From positions 36,574 to 100,573 of the forward strand of contig JBFMAF010000021.1 of NCBI GenBank assembly GCA_040755995.1: a stretch of 64,000 nucleotides of DNA, in the 5' to 3' direction. This document shows, piece by piece, positions 1 to 7,378 of the stretch. The first letter of the stretch is position 1, and every line of letters starts with the position of its first letter. Made by a program: the position numbers and the translations under genes. The notes beneath the pieces were generated by a model that saw only the letters and a list, made by a program, of their open reading frames with translations, ran no database searches and was not told where the DNA came from. The stretch comes from Acidobacteriota bacterium. Lineage in GTDB: Bacteria > Acidobacteriota > CAIWXX01.

Positions 1-1007
1 GCGAAACCATTCGTGGCGAAGTTGTGGTCACATCTAACAAGGAAGTCTCATGCCGCGGGCTCGAGATCGAGCTCCTCTGGCAGACCCACGGCGCCGGCAA
101 TAAAGACCGCACGGTACTGGATCACATTGCTCTGGGGCCGCAGCGATGGAGCCCAGGCAGTCCGTGGCACTATACATTCTCCTTCGCTGCCCCAGTGAAG
201 CCGCTGACCTACCACGGGCACTTCCTGAACGTCGACCACTACATCGCGGCGCGGGCGGATCTGCCGATGGCGATCGATGCCAAGACCAGCGAAGAGTATC
301 TGCTTCTGCCCGGTCCGTCGAGCCGCACCGAGTACCTAGCCGCTCCGGTCGATTTCACCCAGTCCCAGTCGGCACAGAGCGGCCCGGCTGGGAAGGTGAT
401 AGGCTGGATACTTCTGCCGGCTATCCTCGGACTCGTTGCCGTCCTCTTGGGATTCCTCCTGCCGATCCTCCTGGCTGTAGGTGCGGTTGTGGTGTTGAGG
501 AGGTGGCTGGCCGAGCGGCGCCTCGGCCGGGTCACGGTGGATGTGAACACGCCTGAAGTGGGCCGCTCCCGCTCCGCTGCTGCAGTGCCGCTCGTCGGGC
601 GACTGTCCTCGTGGTGGCGCGGCGACAAAGTACACGCTGTCAGTCCGGGCGAACCTGTCCGCTTCCACGTTCGCTTCCAGCCAAGAGGTCACGTCGATCT
701 CGACCGTGTCTCCGCCAAGCTGATCGGCACAGAGGAGTGTCGCTCGGGGTCGGGCAGCGATGCCAAGACTCACAAGCATGCTATCTGTGAGCAAGAGCTC
801 GTGCTGGCTCAGGGGCTCGCCTGCTACCCCGGCACGCCGATGGACCTTGCCGGCGAGCTGCTTGTTCCCGATATCGAGGCATACAGCTTCCGCTCGCACA
901 ACAACGCGCTCAAGTGGAGAATCGAGGTCAAGATCGAGGCGCCCCGCTGGCCCGACTGGAGCCGCGACACGACTCTGGCATTGGTGCCTCGCGCGGTTTC
1001 TCCGTAG
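1..1007 (+). CDS. 5'-truncated membrane protein with two arrestin/SpoOM-like beta-sandwich domains flanking a hydrophobic segment
   Basis: Frame is open from the window edge (ETIRGEVVVTSNKEVSCRGLEIELLWQTHG); hydrophobic stretch VIGWILLPAILGLVAVLLGFLLPILLAVGAVVVL; C-terminal YSFRSHNNALKWRIEVKIEAPRWPDW resembles arrestin-like domains. Confidence 0.6.
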   Translation, partial: ETIRGEVVVTSNKEVSCRGLEIELLWQTHGAGNKDRTVLDHIALGPQRWSPGSPWHYTFSFAAPVKPLTYHGHFLNVDHYIAARADLPMAIDAKTSEEYLLLPGPSSRTEYLAAPVDFTQSQSAQSGPAGKVIGWILLPAILGLVAVLLGFLLPILLAVGAVVVLRRWLAERRLGRVTVDVNTPEVGRSRSAAAVPLVGRLSSWWRGDKVHAVSPGEPVRFHVRFQPRGHVDLDRVSAKLIGTEECRSGSGSDAKTHKHAICEQELVLAQGLACYPGTPMDLAGELLVPDIEAYSFRSHNNALKWRIEVKIEAPRWPDWSRDTTLALVPRAVSP

Positions 1008-1028
1008 CTCGCCATCGGCGCGGGCCGC

Positions 1029-3914
1029 TCAGAAAGAGTAGCGGACTCCGAGCCGGAACAGGCGCGGATTCATGATGTCTGCTACGTAGTTCAGGCGCGA
1101 GCTCGACAGTGATTCCGTTACGTGCAGTGGCGTATTCCGGTTCAGTACGTTGAAGATGTCCAGGTCGAGATTGACAACGCCCTTGTCGCCCAGGCCGATG
1201 GCCTTGGACAGGCGCAAGTCCAGCTCGATCGGATTCGGAAGCTTGCTCGACCCGATCGGCTGGGCTCGGACTGCGAGGGCAGCCAGCCCCGGATCGACGT
1301 AGTACTTGCTGCGGAAGTACACGATCGGGAAGCCCTCGCGACCGGAAAGGACGCCAGCGACGCTGAAGCCTCTCGGCAATGAGTACACGGCGTTCAGGTT
1401 GAACATCCACCTCGGAGTGCTGATCCAGTAGGCTTCTGCGCCTTCGCTCGCCGACTGAAATGCCGTGTCCTCGCCGTCGATCTCGTTTGTTGGATTGCTG
1501 ATGCCGGTCGTGCCAGCGAAGTGCCTGCGGCTGGTCTGCCAACTCGCCCATGCGTTTAGCAGGAGCTTGTCTTCGCACGGACGCTTCATTGCATAGATCT
1601 CGACTCCGCGATACGTCTCGCTGTAGCCGGATCGATTGGTGAGCAGACTGTCTACACCTGCACCGTCCAGCGACCGTCGCTCATCGCTCAGCCGGTAGAA
1701 CGGCATGTTGTAGGGCGTTCCATCAGGCAGCGTCCCGGTGATCGTTCCGGCGAGCACGTAGTCGTCGTGTGTATATGGACGATCGGGCCTCTGGTAGTCC
1801 GTGCCGACCTTCCAGAGGAGATTGCGCGCTCGCTGCCAGACGAAGTTCGCTCCTGCGAGGAAGTTGTCGGCGATCTGCCGTTCGCCTCCGATGATGAGCT
1901 CAGTCCGGCGTGGTGCCGTGAGCTCCGGGTCCAGAGCGGTTGTGCTCGGGAGCGGTTCTTCCCAGTCGTATGGTGGGTAGAAATCCACCTCCGACGGCTG
2001 CACGTAGCCATCGGCGTTGACGTCGTTCCAGTAGTAGTCGAGCTCCGTGATGCCCGACGCGATCGGGCTGAGATTCGACACGATTTCCGATCCAAGCTGA
2101 TCGGCATAGTCTGCGAAGCTGGTTCTGAGCAAAGTCTTGCCGTCTCCCGTCACGTCGTAGGTCGCGCCGAGCCTCGGCGAGAAATCGTTCCACGTGAAGG
2201 GCGCGTCTCTTGCCGCCACATTCACGGCCGGGAGCACGTCCGGGAACATCTGGTTGGCTGGAGTGCTCGCAGCGAGAATTCCGCCGGCCTGGCGGTCGAA
2301 CCTGAATCCGAGGTTGAGCACCAGGCGGTCTCGTGCGAACGAGTCGCCTGCGTAGAAGCTCAGATAGTTGTTTCGCGCGAGGTTGTGCGAAGCGCGCGTC
2401 AACCAGGCCGTGCCCGTGTAAGCGTCCGCGACGACACCCTCGCCCGGCCAGCGGGACACAGACTCGGTGTCGACCCTCCGGAACGAGAAGCCGAACTTGA
2501 AGTCGTGGTTGCCCCCAAGCGCGTTCGAATAGTAGTGTGAGTTCAGAGTCGCCTGCCATTGCGGCCGTTCTGCGACGGAGTCGATGTAAGATCCGTGGTA
2601 GACGAGGTTAGCATCGCGCTGCACCTGCGCGTTCAGGCCGCCCTGCGCTGCCAGGTGATACTTGCTTCGCACAATACCCAGGGTCCCGCTGAGATAGAGA
2701 TCCGGATTCAACATGTGGCTCAGGTCGAGCTTGTAGATGTCGGTGGGACTACCGAGGTTCCACGCAGTCTCTGGAGGTCTCGTCGGGCTCGCATCGCGGC
2801 CGCGCTCGATCTTGTCTCCCCTCATGTAGAAGAACGTCAGCGAATCGGAGTCCTTCCACTGACCATTCGTCTTGAAACTGTAGTTCTCGATCTGCGTGTT
2901 CTGCGGGCCTTTGTTGACGGCGGCCCTCTGGATGTCCTGAACGGCGACTGCTCCCCAGTACCACAGCTTGTCCTTGGCGATCGGCCCGCCGAATTCCACA
3001 CCATACTCCCGCAGCTTGACGAGCTTCGTCGGGACGAAGCTCGGGTTCCACTTGAAGCCGTCCAGTGTAGTCGCACCATTGGGGTTGGATGGAGATGCCA
3101 GATCTTTCGTGTTGTCACTCTGCAGCCCCTCGCTCGTGGTATAGAACCGCGTCGATCCCCTCGGAGTATCTCCACCACGCTTAGTGATCATGTTGATCGA
3201 CATGCCGCCGGTGGCGAGTGAGGGATCGTTCCCGCCGGTGGTGATCTGGATCTCGTCGATCGAGTCGAAGTCATAGTAAGTCGGTGACATGCCGAGCGCG
3301 GCCATGTCGGTGATCGTGAGCCCGTCGAGCACCCACATCGAGTTCTCGCCGCCCACGTCCCCGCGGCAAGTGAGCTCGGGCTGCCGCCCGGCTTCGCTCC
3401 CGCCTACGTTCACGCGATCGAGCACAATGCCCGGCGTCATCGCCAGGATCGCCCAGGGATCGCGGCTGGTCGGCAGGTTGCGCAGCTCGCCATAGCTCAC
3501 GTCGCGCCCGAGCCAGGTCCGGCGAGGGTCGACTCCGAAGCAGCATAGGAGAATCGTCATCGTCTGCGGAGTGCCTGCAGGCTTCAGCAAGATACTGATC
3601 TGTGTGGCGCGGCCGCCCTTCACCTCAACATGCTTGTATACATACGCTTCAAACCCCTCGGCCTCGCACTGGAGACCGTATCTCCCGCCGCGAAGTCCAA
3701 TGAACCGGAAGTCGCCGTTGATTCCCGAGGTCTGATCTGCGACCTGTGTGAGCCCGTCAAACAGGCTCACCTTGGCGCCTGGCAACACGCCGCCGGTCTC
3801 ATCCTTCACTACGCCACGGATCTCGCCAGTGGCCTCCTGCGATAGACAGATTCCCGACCCGAGAATGATAAGACAAACGAGTACGGCACATAACCTGATT
3901 CCCCTGGTCATCAT
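1029..3914 (-). CDS. TonB-dependent receptor, Oar-like, with N-terminal carboxypeptidase-regulatory-like domain
   Basis: GGAGG RBS before ATG at 3914; signal peptide; GEIRGVVKDETGGVLPGAKV; plug motif DSIDEIQITTGG; FSPRLGATYD; terminal RLGVRYSF beta-signal. Confidence 0.9.
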   Translation of the reverse strand: MMTRGIRLCAVLVCLIILGSGICLSQEATGEIRGVVKDETGGVLPGAKVSLFDGLTQVADQTSGINGDFRFIGLRGGRYGLQCEAEGFEAYVYKHVEVKGGRATQISILLKPAGTPQTMTILLCCFGVDPRRTWLGRDVSYGELRNLPTSRDPWAILAMTPGIVLDRVNVGGSEAGRQPELTCRGDVGGENSMWVLDGLTITDMAALGMSPTYYDFDSIDEIQITTGGNDPSLATGGMSINMITKRGGDTPRGSTRFYTTSEGLQSDNTKDLASPSNPNGATTLDGFKWNPSFVPTKLVKLREYGVEFGGPIAKDKLWYWGAVAVQDIQRAAVNKGPQNTQIENYSFKTNGQWKDSDSLTFFYMRGDKIERGRDASPTRPPETAWNLGSPTDIYKLDLSHMLNPDLYLSGTLGIVRSKYHLAAQGGLNAQVQRDANLVYHGSYIDSVAERPQWQATLNSHYYSNALGGNHDFKFGFSFRRVDTESVSRWPGEGVVADAYTGTAWLTRASHNLARNNYLSFYAGDSFARDRLVLNLGFRFDRQAGGILAASTPANQMFPDVLPAVNVAARDAPFTWNDFSPRLGATYDVTGDGKTLLRTSFADYADQLGSEIVSNLSPIASGITELDYYWNDVNADGYVQPSEVDFYPPYDWEEPLPSTTALDPELTAPRRTELIIGGERQIADNFLAGANFVWQRARNLLWKVGTDYQRPDRPYTHDDYVLAGTITGTLPDGTPYNMPFYRLSDERRSLDGAGVDSLLTNRSGYSETYRGVEIYAMKRPCEDKLLLNAWASWQTSRRHFAGTTGISNPTNEIDGEDTAFQSASEGAEAYWISTPRWMFNLNAVYSLPRGFSVAGVLSGREGFPIVYFRSKYYVDPGLAALAVRAQPIGSSKLPNPIELDLRLSKAIGLGDKGVVNLDLDIFNVLNRNTPLHVTESLSSSRLNYVADIMNPRLFRLGVRYSF

Positions 3915-4014
3915 GCACCTCCGAATTGTGACCATGCTAACACGCCCATGCACTCTGCCAAACCGACCCAGGCCGGCCTCGAGCATCCAGCCTGAACACC
4001 TCTGTTTGTAGCGG

Positions 4015-4031
4015 TGCAATGGGCGTGCCAA
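4015..4031 (-). promoter_or_regulatory. sigma54 (RpoN) -24/-12 promoter of the TonB receptor gene
   Basis: Minus strand reads TTGGCACGCCCATTGCA, an exact TGGCAC-N5-TTGCA match, about 100 bp upstream of the ATG; IHF-like site ATTCAA-ATTC-TTG at 4076-4088. Confidence 0.75.
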
Positions 4032-4249
4032 GAAACAGCATTCGTCAGGCCGCTGTGACGCACCGCACACATGAACAAGAATTTGAATCGTCGCGCCGGA
4101 GATTCGCACCGGCTTGTAAGAAGTTGCTCTCTGCAAGCCCCCGACGCGGTGATCTGGCGGGCTGGATCGAGGCTCGCGGTGGAGGAAACCCGGTCAGCAT
4201 GGATGCCCCCTCAGTCGGCCGACCGACCCGCTGCGACTGTCTCACGGAG

Positions 4250-4515
4250 GTGGTACACCATTGTCACATTGTGAGAACACGTGCAGAGCCGATCGGCTGG
4301 ACCAACGTCTCACGAGTATATGAGTTCCACTATTGCCTTCAGCCCCTCGGCGTCGAACTGTGCCGGATTCTCGGAAATCGACTACGCGATTCACTGGATG
4401 CTGCGGCAGGGGATTCACCTCCGCGCGTTTGTCAGTGCCTTGACCATCTCGATCCTTCCGACGCCTTGGCGACCATCCCCCGTCGTGGTACACTGCTGTC
4501 ACATCGTGAGAACAC
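4250..4515. repeat. 31-bp imperfect direct repeat (4250-4280 and 4485-4515) containing a near-palindrome
   Basis: GTGGTACACcatTGTCACATtGTGAGAACAC vs GTGGTACACtgcTGTCACATcGTGAGAACAC, 27/31 identical, 235 bp apart. Confidence 0.85.
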
Positions 4516-4600
4516 TGAGACTACGGGCGCCGATCCCGACGAACTCTACTAGCCAGTGGGAGCCCGGCCCAGGCTGAACCACGGAAGGAGGAGGGGTTTC

Positions 4601-6238
4601 ATGACACAGATTCGAAGCTGCCCACCCGGTACGGCGGCGCAGGTTACCCAGCAACAGCACGAGCCGGCCAAGGCCATTCGAGGCCAGACGCTCAAGGACG
4701 TCGCTCGGGTGCGCAACGTGGCCCTGAGGGACCTCCAGGCGGCGAATCCGCAGATCCGCAACCCCAATCAGAAGCTCCGCGCGGGTCAGACCGTCAATCT
4801 ACCACCCACCAGGGGCGTTATCTGCAAGGCCACACCAACAGCGAGCGGGCAGAGCGATACGATCGAGCGGGTCCGGCCGAACCTATTCGCGCAGGTTACC
4901 CGCACGGGTGCCGATACTCAGCCCGCGCGTGCCTGGCAGCACGGGAATGCCACTCCAGCTGACCGGCAGCTTCGCGAGAGTGCGTTCAACGACGTGATGC
5001 AGGGCGTGAGGAACAGCGGCGCTCAACTCGACGCCGCAGACCGGGCGCGCCTACAGGGTGTGCTGGAAGGCCAGTCAGGAGAGCAGCTCGCAAAGACTGC
5101 GCAGTTCTTCAAGCAACACGTTGCGGGATCGCCCAACGCCCTCCAGGCTGCGCGGACCTTTCTCGACCTGAAAGAGAAGCAGGCCAAGCTGCCGGCATCA
5201 GTCGCGGGCAGGCTGAATGATGAGACGATCCAGACGCTCACGCGCGCGGTCGCGGATCGCAGGGGACCGGCGCTGGCGGGGGCCAAGGGCATCATGGGGC
5301 AGCAGCAGGCCCTCGACGCCGCCGATGCCATCGCCAAGATGAGCCCGAAGGACCACACAGCGCTTGATGGGCTCTTGCGGTCTGCCGGCACAGGCGGTGC
5401 CAGGGGCGCTGACCCGCAAACAGAGAGGGCGCTGATCCTGAAGGCGGTTGCGGCGCGGCGGGACAGGATCGACACAGAGAAGGCCGGACGATGGGAGACA
5501 CTGCGGAGGTGGGCCGGGAGGAACACGAATGCCATGAACGAGGTCAGCGCATACGCAGCCGAAATCCGGGGAAAGCCGAGAGAAGAGCTGTTGAAGAAGT
5601 CGACCACGCTGGACCTCAACGAGGACGCGAAAGACGAGGCCCTGCAGCAGCGGTGGCTCTCCTCTTGCGGTGCCACTGTGACTCAAATGGCCCGCGCCGA
5701 AGCCGACCCGATCTATGCCTTGGATTTGCACAAGCGGGCCGCCGAAGGGATACACCCGGAGAAGATCACGTCTTACGAGGCTGTCCACAAGTCCCAGGTC
5801 GCGGATGAACAGAAGAAGATGATGCGAGAAGCAGGGGTCCGGAGTCTGCGGTCGCGAGGACAGGAGAGCGAGAGCTACTGGGGAACCAATCTCGATACGG
5901 ATGACAAGACGAAACTCCTGAACAGCCACGTGGCGAAGCACACCAACAAGACCTACAGCTACAAGCAGGTCGAAGCAGGCAGGCAGGGGCTTGAAGCCGC
6001 ACTCAATCGCATAGACGGCAACCTCCGCCGAGGCGGGGATGTGCCCGTGCTTCTGAAATCCGGCGACGAAGGTCACTATGTACTTCTGAGCGACGTGCGA
6101 AACACGCGCGATGGGGTGAAGTACCTGGTCACCGATCCGTGGGACGGGAAGACAACATGGGTCAAGCGTGAGGACTTTTTGAGGGGCCAGATCCCGGTGA
6201 CCGGTGGCTCGTATGCATTGCGGGGCTCATTCGAGTAG
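4601..6238 (+). CDS. LysM-domain protein with helical middle region and C-terminal papain/C39-like cysteine peptidase domain (putative effector)
   Basis: GGAGG RBS; LysM RGQTLKDVARVRNVALRDLQAANPQIRNPNQKLRAGQTVNLP; catalytic-like motifs LQQRWLSSCG (Cys356), GHYV (His492), TDPW (Asp512); no signal peptide. Confidence 0.75.
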   Translation: MTQIRSCPPGTAAQVTQQQHEPAKAIRGQTLKDVARVRNVALRDLQAANPQIRNPNQKLRAGQTVNLPPTRGVICKATPTASGQSDTIERVRPNLFAQVTRTGADTQPARAWQHGNATPADRQLRESAFNDVMQGVRNSGAQLDAADRARLQGVLEGQSGEQLAKTAQFFKQHVAGSPNALQAARTFLDLKEKQAKLPASVAGRLNDETIQTLTRAVADRRGPALAGAKGIMGQQQALDAADAIAKMSPKDHTALDGLLRSAGTGGARGADPQTERALILKAVAARRDRIDTEKAGRWETLRRWAGRNTNAMNEVSAYAAEIRGKPREELLKKSTTLDLNEDAKDEALQQRWLSSCGATVTQMARAEADPIYALDLHKRAAEGIHPEKITSYEAVHKSQVADEQKKMMREAGVRSLRSRGQESESYWGTNLDTDDKTKLLNSHVAKHTNKTYSYKQVEAGRQGLEAALNRIDGNLRRGGDVPVLLKSGDEGHYVLLSDVRNTRDGVKYLVTDPWDGKTTWVKREDFLRGQIPVTGGSYALRGSFE

Positions 6239-6255
6239 CCGAGAGGGGGTGGAAC

Positions 6256-6693
6256 GTGGCCGAACAGCTAAGTGGAGATCCGGCAATCTACCTGCGCGAC
6301 GGCTTTTATGCAGCAGACGGTTCCATGAGAGAGGGCATCGACGGTGAGCACTCGCTCGCGTTGGCGTACAGGCTCAGGAGCGAGGGGCTGAGTCTGGACG
6401 GGCTGGACTCGCTGCTGCAGGCAGTCGGTGACATCGTCGATGCCCACGCGGGGAATGATGTTGAGACCGGTGAGGAGCCCATCTCTGCAGGTGGAATGAA
6501 GGCCTTCGACCAGTTGGGCACGAGACCAGAGGTCACCCGATCAGCCGCTCTCACTTCCGTCTTGTCGGCTGCGCACCCCTGGGTCAGGACATGGCGTGAC
6601 TATGCAGCCCTCGCCATCCACCTCGAACGCGCCCGCAGCCAGCTCGCACTGCTCGCGGTCTGGCCGCAGTTCACCAAACAGGAGCGGAGCTGA
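6256..6693 (+). CDS. Small alpha-helical hypothetical protein, distantly Csm2/Cas11-like; candidate immunity protein
   Basis: GTG start 17 bp after the upstream stop, with a GAGGGGG RBS; N-terminal YLRDGFYAADGSMR and C-terminal VRTWRDYAALAIHLE resemble Csm2 termini. Confidence 0.6.
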   Translation: MAEQLSGDPAIYLRDGFYAADGSMREGIDGEHSLALAYRLRSEGLSLDGLDSLLQAVGDIVDAHAGNDVETGEEPISAGGMKAFDQLGTRPEVTRSAALTSVLSAAHPWVRTWRDYAALAIHLERARSQLALLAVWPQFTKQERS

Positions 6694-6724
6694 TAGACTC
6701 CCTGAGCCAGCAGCAGGAACGCAC

Positions 6725-7201
6725 TCACTTCCATGCGGTCGCCAGAGACCTGACCAGCTCGAGCGCCTCGTCGACGTGTCTCTGGTAGTGAAGCTGGGAG
6801 GAGAAGACCATCCGTACGGTGCCCTGTTTGTCGATGACATAGGTGACGCGGCCGGGGAGCAACCCGAGCGTCGCTGGCACGCCATATAGCTCACGCACCT
6901 TCGACCCTTCATCGCTCAGCAGGATGAACGGCAGGCGATTGTCTGCAGCGAAGCGCCGGTGCGACCTCTCAGAGTCAGAGCTGATGCCGATGACTTCGGC
7001 ACCCGCGTCCTTGAAATCCTCGTATGCGTCCCGAAACGCGCACGATTCCGCCGTGCATACCGGCGTGTAGTCCTTCGGGTAGAAATAAAGCACAACGCAT
7101 TTCTTGCCTCGGTAGTCGCTCAGACGCACACGCTGGCCTGCCTGCGAACTCAGCTCGAAATCAGGCGCCGCATCACCGACGTCAATCATCTTTCGTGCCA
7201 T
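6725..7201 (-). CDS. bcp: Peroxiredoxin, BCP/PrxQ subfamily
   Basis: VGDAAPDFEL, VLYFYPKDYTPVCTAESCAFRD, GRVTYVIDKQG; start may be 7201 or 7189. Confidence 0.92.
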   Translation of the reverse strand: MARKMIDVGDAAPDFELSSQAGQRVRLSDYRGKKCVVLYFYPKDYTPVCTAESCAFRDAYEDFKDAGAEVIGISSDSERSHRRFAADNRLPFILLSDEGSKVRELYGVPATLGLLPGRVTYVIDKQGTVRMVFSSQLHYQRHVDEALELVRSLATAWK

Positions 7202-7301
7202 CGAGAAGGGCCAAAGAGGATCGGGGATGTGGCGCCCCTGCACGCCGCAGTCGGCACGGAAGACGGTGAGGGGGAGATGCGGGGAACCGTTTCCGGGCTT
7301 A

Positions 7302-7337
7302 TCTCCGCGTCTCCGTGTCCCCGCGTCACCGCGTCTC
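7302..7337. repeat. Degenerate 8-mer tandem repeat (TCHCCGYG x4.5)
   Basis: tctccgcg tctccgtg tccccgcg tcaccgcg tctc; a G-rich complementary-type run lies at about 7252-7290. Confidence 0.75.
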
Positions 7338-7378
7338 TTACGTCGGGTATCGGGCCCCCTTTCGCCTTTCTCCTGCTA

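Noticed and set aside
4250..4515. 31-bp repeat pair as a mini CRISPR array linked to the Csm2-like gene
   Set aside because: Only two copies, separated by 204 bp, far longer than a spacer; no cas genes
4019..4577. ORFs of 98-177 aa in the receptor-LysM intergenic region
   Set aside because: Atypical composition, overlap with regulatory motifs, no homology recognised
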